A DNA stretch of 64,000 bases from NCBI GenBank assembly GCA_018812245.1, contig JAHJDW010000155.1:2458-66457 (forward strand). The letters are read 5' to 3'. The translations under genes were made by a program, and so were the position numbers. Shown in pieces: positions 50,965-62,677 of the stretch. The notes below the pieces were generated by a model. That model was not told the origin of the DNA. It ran no database searches and worked only from the letters and a program-made list of their open reading frames with translations. The DNA is from Bacteroidota bacterium (lineage in GTDB: Bacteria > Bacteroidota > Bacteroidia > Bacteroidales > JAHJDW01). Each line of letters starts with the position of its first letter. The stretch's first letter is position 1.

Positions 50965-52368
50965 ATGAAAATGAAAAAAATAGTCATTCTACTATCAATA
51001 GCTTCATTGCTAATATTACCGGTAATTACATCAGCTCAGATTACCTGGAAAAAAAATTATGGATTACCTGATAGAGATGAAAACGTCTATTCGATGATAA
51101 TAACCACTGACAGTAATTATCTTATAGCTGGTACTGTAATGAATAATAATTTTGCTGACTGTTTGTTTCTGATGCTTGATAAATATGGCGACACGATATG
51201 GGCAAAAAGTTATGGTGGTGCTAAAGCTGATGTTGCCTATTGCGTTCAGCAAACTTTTGATGGTGGCTTTATTGCCGGAGGGGTTAGAGATTATTTTATG
51301 GATTCTGGAAGTGGAAATTTGTTTGGTGATATGTGGATAATGAAACTGGATATCTTAGGCGACACGGTTTGGACAAAGACTTATAGCGGAACCTTTTATT
51401 CATTTGCGAATTCTATTGTTCAAAATATTGATAGTACCTATACTGTCGCTGGTGTATCAGACAATAGCAGTCCGAATGTTGGCGGTGATATCTGGATTCT
51501 AAAACTCGACACTTGTGGAAATATTATTAACTCAAAAACCTATGGGAGCCAAATATATCCCGGATTTGACAGGGCTGAATCCATAAGAAAAACTTTTGAC
51601 GGAAACACCGTCGTTGTTGGGACTTCAAGTACTTATAAAATATGGGTGTTAAAACTTGATGCCAATTGTGATACGATATGGTCAAAATCTATTGAAGGAA
51701 CCTATGCTGCTGACATTCTACAAACCAGTGATTCCGGATATGTTGTTATTGGAAGAACCACTATTGATGGTGATATTTATAAACTAAATCAAATTGGCGA
51801 TACGGATTGGACAAAAAAGTTTGAACTTCCGAATGGTTTTTTTAGCCCAACATCAATTGAACAAACCGCAGATAATGGATTTGTTGTTTGTGGTACACAA
51901 GCTGACCGTATTGGATTTGTCAAACTTGATGCTACAGGAGATACCCTCTGGAGCAAAATGTATAATTGCATGCAGGCAAATTGGAATGATTTTTCAACAT
52001 CTGCATTGGAAACTTTTGACGGCGGCTACATATTTGCCGGCACAATAAAATCGGCAGTTTCGGGATACGACAATGATATTTCGCTTGTTAAAACTGACGA
52101 AAATGGAATTGTCAGTATTAGTAAAAATAATAACATAAACTCAAAATCCATAGAGATTTATCCAAGTCCTGCTACTATAAACATCACGATTGGAGTCCCA
52201 CAAAAGGCAGAAATTGATATTTATAATATCGAAGGTCAAATTATTAAAACAATGATGAGTAGTGACAACGGAATAATCATAAATATCGAAAATTTCTCAA
52301 GCGGGGTTTATGTAGTAAAAGCAAAGACCGATAAAGAAATTTTGCAGGGAAAATTCATAAAGCAATAA
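50965..52368 (+). CDS. T9SS type A-sorted beta-propeller repeat protein
   Basis: Repeats KLDxxGDTxWxKxY / QTxDGG; C-terminus IYPSPA..IYNIEG..GVYVVK..KFIKQ. Confidence 0.85.
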   Translation: MKMKKIVILLSIASLLILPVITSAQITWKKNYGLPDRDENVYSMIITTDSNYLIAGTVMNNNFADCLFLMLDKYGDTIWAKSYGGAKADVAYCVQQTFDGGFIAGGVRDYFMDSGSGNLFGDMWIMKLDILGDTVWTKTYSGTFYSFANSIVQNIDSTYTVAGVSDNSSPNVGGDIWILKLDTCGNIINSKTYGSQIYPGFDRAESIRKTFDGNTVVVGTSSTYKIWVLKLDANCDTIWSKSIEGTYAADILQTSDSGYVVIGRTTIDGDIYKLNQIGDTDWTKKFELPNGFFSPTSIEQTADNGFVVCGTQADRIGFVKLDATGDTLWSKMYNCMQANWNDFSTSALETFDGGYIFAGTIKSAVSGYDNDISLVKTDENGIVSISKNNNINSKSIEIYPSPATINITIGVPQKAEIDIYNIEGQIIKTMMSSDNGIIINIENFSSGVYVVKAKTDKEILQGKFIKQ

Positions 52369-52604
52369 CACACCTGACACATAACATCATGCAAATTCTT
52401 TGGCTGTCGGAATAGCACCTGCTGTATCCGGAAAGGCCGACAACCCCGCCGCGGCGGGTAAATTCAATCAGCCTTTAGGTGTGAATGTCGTTGAAACTCC
52501 GAAAAATCTATGTTTTCGATGTTCCTACGTGGTTCAAAAAAAATAATCCGGCTCATTTTGGCAAACCCCGGATGTTTTCATTGGAGAATTTGTATCTTTG
52601 AAAT

Positions 52605-53005
52605 ATGAAAACAAAAAAAGAGCATATTGATTTTTGGTTAACCCAAGCTGATGACGATTGGACTGCTGTTGATACCTTATTCAAAGGACGAAATTATTTG
52701 CAATCATTGTTTTTTTTTTTGCACATTTGGTGATTGAAAAGATATGTAAAGCCTTATGGATTATGCACAATGAGGGAAACGTGCCTCCCAGAACTCACAA
52801 TTTGATTCATTTGCTTTCAATAGCACCGATAGATTTGAGTGATGATAAAAGTGAATTTATGTTGAGTTTAAACCGATTTCAATTAGAAGGTCGCTACCCT
52901 GACTATTTGACAAAAATGCATAATATCTGTAATGAGTCTTTTACAACGGCAATGATTAGTGAAACAAATAAACTAAGATTATGGTTACTCGGGAAAGTGC
53001 AATAA
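52605..53005 (+). pseudogene. HEPN domain protein frameshifted at a T11 run
   Basis: ATG 52605 MKTKKEHIDFWLTQADDDW..YLQSL; T11 at 52710-52720; continues out of frame as AHLVIEK..PPRTHNL..LEGRYPDY. Confidence 0.8.
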
Positions 53006-53307
53006 ATACAGCACGATTATTTATTAATGATTGCCAATCAAATGGATTGACCTTTCATAAAGTATTTTTATTTGGTTCGGCTGCAAAAAACATGACACAT
53101 GAGTGGTCTGATATTGATTTGTTATTAATTTCAGACCAATTCAGCGAGAATGTTTTTGAAAATTTAAAATTATACTCAAAGATTAATATTAAATATCCTG
53201 TGATTGAGACTCACCCTTACCCAACAAAATATTATTATGAGGGAGATGATTTTATTAAGGAGATAAGTAAAGAAAGTATAGAAATATTGCCTACGCCTAA
53301 TAAATAA
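52981..53307 (+). CDS. Minimal nucleotidyltransferase (MNT)
   Basis: FLFGSAAK..SDIDLL (GS-x10-DxD); overlaps the HEPN gene. Confidence 0.88.
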   Translation: MVTRESAINTARLFINDCQSNGLTFHKVFLFGSAAKNMTHEWSDIDLLLISDQFSENVFENLKLYSKINIKYPVIETHPYPTKYYYEGDDFIKEISKESIEILPTPNK

Positions 53308-53431
53308 AATAAAAAATTAAGGGCGATGTGTTTTTCACAACCTGCGGGTCGGTCTCTACAAATAAAATAGATCACCCAACCCGGTCTGAATTCCCATAAT
53401 TAACCTAAATTTGCCAAAAAACATTTCTATC

Positions 53432-54877
53432 ATGTTGAAAACCAATTTATTCTTATTAATCAGCCTGACTTTTTCCTTGTTGTCTTTTTCACAAAACAAA
53501 ACCGGGTATGGCAATGTGTCGAATGATGCAGGTGTTCTGATACCCAATGCCATCGTCCAGATTTCGCCGGTTTCAGATACCTCTTTGATATATCAATACG
53601 TTTGCGATAAAAATGGAAACTACGCTTTTGATATTGCATCAAGTGATTCCGTATTTGTTCTGAACATACTGCCATCAAACCAAACATTGCAATTTCATTT
53701 TGATGAGGAACAAATCACATTGTCGAATGGCAATAATGGGATATGTTTTCACAAAGTCTTAACAACCAACTCCAATGGCATCAGATTAACCATTGTTGAT
53801 ACATTGGGAAACCCCGTATCAGGAGCAAAAGTTCTGCTGTACGAGTCGGAACGAAAATGGAGAATTGATTCTTGCAGCATCATAAAACCTGTTTATACCG
53901 ACAGTAACGGGCAGGTTGAAATCAGATCGTTGTTGCCAATCAAATATTGGTTCAATGTGAGAAAAGACTATATGTCAAACCGGTTTACCGATTCAAATAC
54001 AAGTGCGGCAGTTGATACTACCGTAATTACAGGTATTACAGATACAATCAGAGATTTGTCGCAAAATGAATTTTATATGTGCGGACTTTGCGACAACAAG
54101 GTATGGATCACCGATTCAATGGTCATTTTTGGAATGACTCAAAATTACGATGCCGATTCAAAATTATTGTCGGATGGAACGTGGTACGATTCAAACGACA
54201 ACCATGGCTACTGGTGGTTTAGTGCCGATCAATCACAAATGACATACAATTACGACACCAACAGCGCCAATGGCGGAGGAAGCGAAATTGTAGCTACATT
54301 AATTGCCCTGACCGAAAATTACTTCGCCGGAGATATGACCATGTTTGGATTGCCGGTTACTTACTACATGTCTCCCATTTACGATACTGTGAATTTGCAT
54401 TTATCAGCGCAAGACACAACACTCATTTTAGACAGTAATGGCGTGGCGGGCATTACCCCCGACGACCTGATGATTACCTCCGATTACTGCTTTTCGTGTA
54501 ATATTACTTTAAGTCAATCAGCTTTTGATGTAAGCGATGCAGGTGATATTGAAGTTTATGTGACACTGGAAGACCGATGCGGCAATTTAGATATCGACAC
54601 AATTACAATTACCATCGTACAACCACTTTCGGTAAATGAATTGAAAAAATCAAATTTCAGGATGTTCCCGAATCCTGGAAATGATTATGTTGTTATCGAA
54701 GGCAACGAAAGAATCAAAAGGATTGATGTATTTGATGTTTTGGGGAATTTTATAAAACAATTTGCTGTCAATAATGATCGATTTATCATAGACACATCAG
54801 ACTTAAATCGGGGAATGTATCTTTTCAGAATTTACACAACAAATGGAGTTGTTTCAAATAGATTAATTGTGGAATAA
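53432..54877 (+). CDS. T9SS type A-sorted multi-domain protein
   Basis: Signal peptide from ATG 53432; carboxypeptidase-regulatory-like repeats; C-terminus FPNP..FDVLG..GMYLFRI..RLIVE. Confidence 0.8.
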   Translation: MLKTNLFLLISLTFSLLSFSQNKTGYGNVSNDAGVLIPNAIVQISPVSDTSLIYQYVCDKNGNYAFDIASSDSVFVLNILPSNQTLQFHFDEEQITLSNGNNGICFHKVLTTNSNGIRLTIVDTLGNPVSGAKVLLYESERKWRIDSCSIIKPVYTDSNGQVEIRSLLPIKYWFNVRKDYMSNRFTDSNTSAAVDTTVITGITDTIRDLSQNEFYMCGLCDNKVWITDSMVIFGMTQNYDADSKLLSDGTWYDSNDNHGYWWFSADQSQMTYNYDTNSANGGGSEIVATLIALTENYFAGDMTMFGLPVTYYMSPIYDTVNLHLSAQDTTLILDSNGVAGITPDDLMITSDYCFSCNITLSQSAFDVSDAGDIEVYVTLEDRCGNLDIDTITITIVQPLSVNELKKSNFRMFPNPGNDYVVIEGNERIKRIDVFDVLGNFIKQFAVNNDRFIIDTSDLNRGMYLFRIYTTNGVVSNRLIVE

Positions 54878-54977
54878 TAATTCGAAACACTATTGCCCAA
54901 AACGAGAACCTTTGCGGCGAGAAGTCCCGGCTGAAACAATCTGACGGCGCAGCAAGATATTCATGAGCATTTCAGCC

Positions 54978-56144
54978 TCACTTTTTCGGTTTTGAAGTCA
55001 GATAGGCTGTAAGAACCATAGAGAATTTCAAAAGGTTGTATGCAATCCAACGAACTGACCTGACGAATACATTCCGGGTATGTTTCAGGTCCTCGGATGT
55101 AACCCTTTTGCATTCAGTGCAGATAATTGTCTCAAGGGTTTTGCGGAATTCTTTTGCCATGCCCGCATCCAACACTTCGAGGTTCAATTCAAGATTGCTG
55201 AAATCGCTCAGGTAGTTCAGGTTGTACGATCCAATCGTGAACCAGATATCGTCGGCGAGTGCAACTTTTCCATGCACCATGGGGCCGTTCCATTCGTATA
55301 TTTCGATTCCCTGATCAAGCAGCCATGCATACAAATGCCGTTGCGCGTACAATGTGAGACCAACATCGGATCTGGAAGCAAGAATCAGTTTAATCCTGAT
55401 TCCTTTCTGTGCTGCTCTTTTCAACATTTGCCGGTAATTCCATCCCGGCAAAAAATAGGCTCCAACAATAATGAGGTAATTTCGGGCAAAACGAACACTT
55501 TGCTTATAGCTTTTGCTAACCTTTTCTTTTTTCCCGAAGAAATCATTCTCCCTGATTCTTACTTTGTAACGATAGCTGTACCCTGTACTCAGCACCTTCA
55601 GTTTTGCTCTGTATCGCAGTCCTTCCTTCCCCCACAACCTGATGCAAACCATCTGAAGTTCTTCACAAATACTACCTTCAACTCTGAGTGCAAAATCGAG
55701 CCATCCTTTTCCCTTCGCCGTATCATGGTATTTATCGGCGATATTTATCCCGCCAACTATTCCAAGTTTTCCGTCAGCTACTAATACTTTGTTATGGAGA
55801 CGCCTGCCAGGGCTAAATTTCCGAAAATTGAAATAGGGTGAAAAGAAACGAAGCTCAATGCCACTATTCAATATCTCGTGCCGGATCGAGGTCGGAAGGC
55901 TTCCTGATCCATACGCGTCGAGCAACAAAAAGACCTTCACGCCTCGGGAAGCAGCATCCATCAACGAATTAATGAAATTCCTTCCTGTGTCATCAAAATC
56001 CAGAATAAAAAACTGACAATAAATATTATCCCTGGCCTCATCAATGATATCCCGAAGTGCTTCAAAATAGCTATTTCCGCCAACAATTACTTCAACCTTG
56101 TCGGAATACGAATACTTATGTTCGTCAGGCCAGGATTGGCTCAT
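54978..56144 (-). CDS. Cardiolipin synthase (ClsB-like phospholipase D)
   Basis: Two HKD motifs: HNKVLVAD and HGKVALAD. Confidence 0.9.
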   Translation of the reverse strand: MSQSWPDEHKYSYSDKVEVIVGGNSYFEALRDIIDEARDNIYCQFFILDFDDTGRNFINSLMDAASRGVKVFLLLDAYGSGSLPTSIRHEILNSGIELRFFSPYFNFRKFSPGRRLHNKVLVADGKLGIVGGINIADKYHDTAKGKGWLDFALRVEGSICEELQMVCIRLWGKEGLRYRAKLKVLSTGYSYRYKVRIRENDFFGKKEKVSKSYKQSVRFARNYLIIVGAYFLPGWNYRQMLKRAAQKGIRIKLILASRSDVGLTLYAQRHLYAWLLDQGIEIYEWNGPMVHGKVALADDIWFTIGSYNLNYLSDFSNLELNLEVLDAGMAKEFRKTLETIICTECKRVTSEDLKHTRNVFVRSVRWIAYNLLKFSMVLTAYLTSKPKK

Positions 56145-56153
56145 GATATAGTG

Positions 56154-58769
56154 CTATTGTTTACTCCCATATTGAAAACCCAGCCCCTTTTTCTCTGCTT
56201 CATTCCGGGGAACAAATTCTTCAACGTCGGCGAAAGTCAATGTTCTGATCATTTCGGGCGTTCGTTGTGCTGCCGCAACAGAGGCCATTCGCAAATTCTG
56301 ATTTCGGACAGCCTCCTCAACTACTTTTCTCACTATTCTGGCATTTCCGGTTTTAGTAACTCCTGTCTGATACAACGAATTAAAATATGCTTTCAGGTGA
56401 GTTGCAGCCAGGGTATCGGGTTCGAGAAATTCATTTCCCAGCATACGCAGCGAAATCTGATACAATTCTTCGGGTTCGAAATCCACAAATTCAAATGTGC
56501 GATCAAAACGCGACGAAAGTCCGGGGTTCGAATTCAGAAAGCGCTTCATTTCGTTCGTGTATCCTGCGACAATCACAATGAATTTGCCGCGGAGGTCTTC
56601 CATATTCTTTAGTAGCACTTCGATAGCCTCGCCACCAAAAGTATCGCGGTCGTCTTCAGTAAGAGCATACGCTTCATCAATAAACAGGACTCCGCCCTGC
56701 GCCTCGTCAATTCGGGCTTTGGTCTTTAAGGCAGTTTGACCCAGATATGCCGCCACCAGACCTTCCCTATCCGCCTCCACTACGTGACCTCTCTCAAGCA
56801 ATCCCAAAGCCTTGAAAATCTTTCCGCAAATCCTTGCAACAGTGGTTTTCCCTGTACCCGGATTTCCTGAAAAAACCGAATGCAACGACATTTTGTTTGT
56901 CACTTCACGACCTGTTTCGCGGTAATAACGAATCAACTTTGTTAGTTCTGCCAATTCGGTCTTTATATTCTCCAATCCTGTTAATGAGTTCAGTTCGTTC
57001 AACGATGCAGCCACCAGTTCCTCATCAATTGCGGCTTCAAAAGAAGTCTTAAGGGTGGACGCAAAAATCTTTTGCACATCATCCAGCAAAACAGTGCTAA
57101 GTTCCTCCTCCGACATTTCATCAGCTTTCCCTGAGTTCATGATTCGGATTCCCATATTCATCTTAGCTTCTGAAACGATAGATACTGCGAATCGGGCATT
57201 CCCGAACGATTTGTCGCGATTACGGTACGATTCGATAATCGCTTTTTCAGTCAACCTGCGCGCCTCTGCAGCGAAAGAAACTCCTTTTTTTGCAGCAGTA
57301 AAATCGAGTATTTGCATCAATTCGAGGGGTTTGTAATCCTCGAAGTGAAATGTGTAATTGAACCGGCTTCTCAGTCCGGGATTTGACGAGAGGAAAACAT
57401 TCATTTCGTGCGGGTATCCTGCCACCATAATGGCAATGTCGCCTTTGCCATCCGACATTTCTTTCAGCAGCACTTCAATCACTTCTTTTCCGTAATCCAG
57501 ATTTGAATCTCCTTCGCGTGCCAGAGAATACGCTTCGTCGATAAACAATATCCCACCCCGGGCATCATCAATTGCTTTTTTGGTAAGCGGTGCCGTTTGA
57601 CCAATATATTTCCCGACGAGATCGGCTCGTCCAACTTCATGAACATGACCTTTCGACAAAAGACCAATATTTTTATAAATTTTCCCCAAAAGTTTTACAA
57701 CAGTAGTCTTTCCTGTTCCCGGATTCCCTGTAAAAACGCCATGCAGACTCATCTTTCCGGTTTCTTCAAAACCCTTTTCTTTCCTGATTTTCAGAAATTC
57801 AAGATAGCTGATATGCTCCTTCACCTGCCTCTTGACTTCATCAAGCCCAATCAGTGATTCAAGGGCTGCCATAGGGTCAACAACTTCTTCTTCGCCCTGA
57901 GTTGACGACCCTCCCGGAATTCCAGCACATTCTTCCATTGAAAGCATGGCAGGTTCGCCTTCGATTTCAATATTGCTTACTTCAAACGAAACACGTGCAA
58001 CAGCAACATCCATGAATACAATATTCAAAAAATACTTGTCATCTTTCCATGAACCCGCATTATCGGCACCCCAACCCTTACACATGGTGAAAATTTCGTC
58101 ATCCTGCCCTCGTTCGATAAAATCCTGTTTTACCATCGATCCCTTCGCCTGACCGGCATCATCAGTAAAATGGAAAAAAAGTTCACAATTCCATCCATCG
58201 CTGACTTTATTCCTGATTTTCAATTCAGTCCAGATGTACTCAGTGGTTTCGCGGTTAAACATTGTCAAATATTTTCGCTTGCCTTCATCTACGTTACTTG
58301 ACTTGCCACTATACAATTTTACACTAACCACATCAAACCAAGGATTACTGAACGCACTTGGTGCCCCCATGTCTTCAATATGGAACGAAGCAGTACCAAC
58401 CAATTCACCATCAACGAACGCGTGCCACTCGTAGTCACCTTTACCCCAGAATGCACCTTTTTCATCCTTTCCCCATCCTGACCTGTAGTAGAAAATATCG
58501 TCGTCTTTGCTGACCAGTTTTTTATCAGAAAGACTACACACTTCGCGTTTATTGCCCCGGGTTACCTGAAAAGCCTTTAGACAAAAAGTGGCTTCCCAGT
58601 CTTTTTCGTCGAACCACTTGTTGAATATTTAGCATTCGGCATTCAAATAGTCCAGCTCTGATTTTTCGAAAACTGTCCGGTAGCGTTTGGTTGAATTAGC
58701 CATCCACTCGGTGCTTCCATAGACTTTCAGTTCTTTGTATTTGAACTTTTCATTTCCTTTGACAGTCAT
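56154..58769 (-). CDS. Tandem CbbX/SpoVK-type AAA+ ATPase with duplicated N-terminal domain; in-frame TAA at 58629-58631
   Basis: Two GNPGTGKTT / LFIDEAY / NPGL.SRF modules. The frame extends to ATG 58769 except for one TAA (..LNAEC*IFNKWFDEKDWE..). Confidence 0.8.
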
Positions 58770-58893
58770 GACACCTGATTTTACCTATATAATATAATGT
58801 ATAAAAGGCACCCGGTAGTATCAAAACCGAACGCCTTTGTTATTGCATCTCAAATAAGATTTATCACAAGCGGCAGCCATTTCTCAAGGCTGA

Positions 58894-61800
58894 TCAGGCA
58901 TTTATATCAGCTTTATCAACTTTTTCGTGCTTTTTCGTCTTATCTTTCTTTTCTGCCGAATATTTTGAAAATTTGATTTTTCCGGATTGTGAGAGCAGTT
59001 TTTTCAACGTATCAAAACACAAGGTGACGTACATGAACAGGGAAGTCAACCAGATCACCATTGCATTGAACCAAAAGGTGTCGATTCGCAGGCTCCCTAT
59101 TTTCTTCACCGGAGCATAGAAGTGCGCACGACCATAGTTGCCTTCAGGCTCCATATAAACTGGCTCATATTTTTGAATCAACCGATCATCGGTCTCAATA
59201 TGTCTCTTAATTTCCGTTTTATTCAACACCAAATCAGAAAGGCTTTTATTGTGGTATGTATCTTTCAGCTTGTCAACCTCTTCTTTCGTTTTAAACTTTT
59301 TGACCAGTTTGTTGTAAAGTTTATCTTTGCGTGCACTTGCATCATTGTATTTATCAATATAAAACTTCTTCAACCCGTCGAGATATTCAAAAGTAGCCTG
59401 CGCTGTTTCAACCGAAAATTTCTCGGGTGATAGGTTATCCAACTGAGCAAATTTGGCTGGCTTGTTTTCCGGCAGATTCATCAAAATAGCCACTTCGTGA
59501 TGGAGAATCCGCAGATCTTTTTCAACCTTTTTGGCTTCTTCCTGATTTTTGATATTCTTCTGGCACTCATACAATTTGGTTCGAAGCTCAGGGATCAACA
59601 GGTTATATCTGAATGCGTTGTAGCTCATCTCCTTTTCTACTTCGAAGAAGTTTCGCTGAAATCTGTTCTTCTTGAACTGGTTAACGGCCAAACCTTCATA
59701 CGCCCAACGGCTAGTCATTATATCGCCAATAATCGGAACATATTTGTATGAAGTAATACTTTGATGGAGCTTATCGAACTTAACGATAACGCCACTAAAC
59801 AACAACTGCGGGACAAGAATCAGCGGAATCAGAATATAAATGGTAACTACTGAATTCAACCCGGCCGAGATATTTAGTCCAAGCATATTGGCAAAGCAGG
59901 AGGTAGTAAACAGCATAAACCAGTAATATAGAGTCATTCCCTTTATCCCCATGATCCAGTTGGCAATCAATACGAATGTCAATGCCTGAATTGCTGAAAT
60001 GGCGAACTGGATCAGCACCTTAGAGTTCAGATAACTTGTTCTGCTTAAGTTGAGGAAAGATTCACGTTGCAGTATCCTTCTGTCTTTAATGATTTCTTCA
60101 GCGCTAACGGTCAGACCGAGGAAAAGCGACACGACAACAGCCATAAAGATATACTGCGGAAGATTTTCGTTTTCGCTGAAAATAAATGCACTTGGGTCGT
60201 CTGGTGTTCCGCTGATATACTTTGTAAAAAACCCAATAATAATTGCCAATGCAGGCGCTTCGAGGAAGGTAAGCAACAAGTACTGTCGGTTTGTAAGTTT
60301 TGCCAGAACATCACGAATTGCGAAAATCTGAAACTGTCTGAAAAAATTAGGTATTTTGAAATGGCTGGCAGGCAGTTCGCCTTTACTCTCATGGAGATTC
60401 AGCTTTGATTCGATATTTTCGCGGTAGGTCGAATTCCATTCTACAGAAGAAACCTTTCGGCTACGGGTCAGCTTTCCATATTCGTTAACCACCTTGGCTT
60501 CAATGATTTGCAGCACCTGTTCGGGATTAACATTACCACAGGCCGGGCACTCACTTTCGTCGGAATTGATATGATTACTCTGTGTTTTGAAGTACACCAC
60601 AGCTTCAATTGGGTTACCTGCATAAATCAGGTACCCGCCCTTATCCAAAACAAGAAGTTTATCAAACATCTTATATATATCGGATGAAGGCTGGTGGATA
60701 TTTACGATAATGAGTTTCCCTTTCAGCGTAAGCTCTTTAAGGAGGTCCATCACCATTTCGGAGTCCATAGAGGAAAGCCCCGATGTAGGTTCATCAACAA
60801 ACAACACTGCGGGTTCGCGGATGAGTTCAAGGGCGATGTTCAACCGTTTTCGCTGACCACCACTGATAAACTTATTCAGTGAGTTTCCAACGGTCAGATT
60901 CCGGATTTCCCAAAGATCAAGGTCTTCGAGCACGCGTTTAACCGCATCATTGATCTGACTTTTTGAAAAATTGCTAAAGCACAGCCGGGCATTATAATAC
61001 AGGTTCTGGTACACAGTAAGCTCTTCAATCAGAAGGTCATCCTGGGGAACAAACCCTATCATACCCTCCAATTGTCTGGTATCGGCATGGACGTCGTATC
61101 CGTTGATCAGAATCTGACCACTTTGAGGTTTCAGATTTCCGTTCAGCACGTTCAACAGTGTTGACTTCCCAACACCGCTGCCCCCCATTATGCCGACCAG
61201 GTTTCCTGATTCTTCGCTAAAATTGAATCGTTGAATTCCATTCGAACTGTTTTTGAACCGGAATTCAACTTCTTTGGCCGTGAATACAATTTTGGCTTTA
61301 TGTTCGGCATCCAGATATTTGGCTGCAACATTTGAGTAGTAAATCGTGTTGGTTTTCGAAGAGCGGATAGAGGAGCCGGTTTCAAACACGTATGTTCTCC
61401 CGGGCACAATAGCCTGACTGTTGAGGTAGAAGGTTTCATCGCCTGCATATCGAAAGAAGTACATATTTGTACTTGGGAAGTGAAGCACTGTGATTGCTCC
61501 CTCAAGGCTTTCGCTATAGATGTGCTTAACTTGTTTGTGTGAAAAATCTTTCAGTTTGTTGATCACAAGCACGCGATCTGATTGCGGTATGGTTGTATAA
61601 TCTTCGAGGATTAATGACTTACCGTTTTCGTATTCGTTATCTGGAATATTAAATCCACTGGCAACTGTATTAACAAAGTCTAGCTCTTTTTCGGTTATTT
61701 GCCCATGGCTCACAAACTCCAGCAGTTGCACCATCACCACAACTTTCTGATTTTGCTGAAGCTCCTCGTTGATCTGTTCGCAAATCTGCAACACTTTCAG

Positions 61801-62037
61801 CGCATTCACAGAGGCACGTTTCCTGGCCTTGATAGAGTCTTTCTTCTTGATGCCCCTATGGTGAAACGCAATATATTCATCAAACAGGTTAATATACTGC
61901 ATTACCAAACCCGCGCTGAGCTGATTTTTTAGATACGCTTCAACGATTGCTCTTTCACGTGTTGAAACGCCTTCTTCGTCGGCATCGGCAACAAGTGCGA
62001 ACAATTGCATCAGGGCTTTCAGAATTGATTCATTCAT
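58894..62037 (-). CDS. Fused ABCG-type transporter: TerB-like N-domain, FHA-like segment, NBD, ABC-2 TMD
   Basis: GGSGVGKS, FVPQDD, ISGGQRKR, VDEPTSGL, NIHQP; ECPACG; TM helices with a large loop before the last TM. Confidence 0.88.
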   Translation of the reverse strand: MNESILKALMQLFALVADADEEGVSTRERAIVEAYLKNQLSAGLVMQYINLFDEYIAFHHRGIKKKDSIKARKRASVNALKVLQICEQINEELQQNQKVVVMVQLLEFVSHGQITEKELDFVNTVASGFNIPDNEYENGKSLILEDYTTIPQSDRVLVINKLKDFSHKQVKHIYSESLEGAITVLHFPSTNMYFFRYAGDETFYLNSQAIVPGRTYVFETGSSIRSSKTNTIYYSNVAAKYLDAEHKAKIVFTAKEVEFRFKNSSNGIQRFNFSEESGNLVGIMGGSGVGKSTLLNVLNGNLKPQSGQILINGYDVHADTRQLEGMIGFVPQDDLLIEELTVYQNLYYNARLCFSNFSKSQINDAVKRVLEDLDLWEIRNLTVGNSLNKFISGGQRKRLNIALELIREPAVLFVDEPTSGLSSMDSEMVMDLLKELTLKGKLIIVNIHQPSSDIYKMFDKLLVLDKGGYLIYAGNPIEAVVYFKTQSNHINSDESECPACGNVNPEQVLQIIEAKVVNEYGKLTRSRKVSSVEWNSTYRENIESKLNLHESKGELPASHFKIPNFFRQFQIFAIRDVLAKLTNRQYLLLTFLEAPALAIIIGFFTKYISGTPDDPSAFIFSENENLPQYIFMAVVVSLFLGLTVSAEEIIKDRRILQRESFLNLSRTSYLNSKVLIQFAISAIQALTFVLIANWIMGIKGMTLYYWFMLFTTSCFANMLGLNISAGLNSVVTIYILIPLILVPQLLFSGVIVKFDKLHQSITSYKYVPIIGDIMTSRWAYEGLAVNQFKKNRFQRNFFEVEKEMSYNAFRYNLLIPELRTKLYECQKNIKNQEEAKKVEKDLRILHHEVAILMNLPENKPAKFAQLDNLSPEKFSVETAQATFEYLDGLKKFYIDKYNDASARKDKLYNKLVKKFKTKEEVDKLKDTYHNKSLSDLVLNKTEIKRHIETDDRLIQKYEPVYMEPEGNYGRAHFYAPVKKIGSLRIDTFWFNAMVIWLTSLFMYVTLCFDTLKKLLSQSGKIKFSKYSAEKKDKTKKHEKVDKADINA

Positions 62038-62076
62038 TGATCAGACCGTTGAGTTAATGATGATTATCGAATTACG

Positions 62077-62661
62077 TTAGCGTGAATTTTTGTAGCCGAT
62101 CAGTACACTGATACAGCCCTTATCGAATTTATCTTGTTCTATTTTGGGAACAACAACCTGTACCACAACGCGTTTGGTACGGTCAACCTTTTGGATTTCC
62201 CAGAATGATTTACCTTCGTCTTTGGAATCAAAAATGATATTTCCTGTAGTAACTCTGGTAATCCAAACTGTATCAACAACCCATTTTTCACCCTCCACTA
62301 TCGGATTATAGTTTCCGTCATACATTTTCTGACCATATTCATCAACCTTGAAAACCGTCTCTTTTCTTTTCATGATTTCTTTGATTTCCTTAGTGGCCTC
62401 TTTGGTTTTGTAGAAAATGCTGAACTGTACATCACCCAGAAAATCTTCCCCACAAACAATAATCTTGTAATCTTTTGAACTATAGAAAATGAGGTCAAAC
62501 TGAGCGGTATCACCCGACATCAGCTTGGTGAATGTTGACTGACCGGTATAGTCGTAGCCATCAGCAGTTGTAGCGCAAAGCGCTTTTTTGTAGCATTGTG
62601 CTTCAGCCAACAGAGCAAACCCTGAAATTGCTGCAATTGTGAATATTAGTTTCTTTATCAT
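62077..62661 (-). CDS. Secreted Cys-containing hypothetical protein
   Basis: MIKKLIFTIAAISGFALLAEA-QCYKKALC; YKIIVCG; GCISVLIG. Confidence 0.75.
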   Translation of the reverse strand: MIKKLIFTIAAISGFALLAEAQCYKKALCATTADGYDYTGQSTFTKLMSGDTAQFDLIFYSSKDYKIIVCGEDFLGDVQFSIFYKTKEATKEIKEIMKRKETVFKVDEYGQKMYDGNYNPIVEGEKWVVDTVWITRVTTGNIIFDSKDEGKSFWEIQKVDRTKRVVVQVVVPKIEQDKFDKGCISVLIGYKNSR

Positions 62662-62677
62662 GATTTCGTTATTTTTC

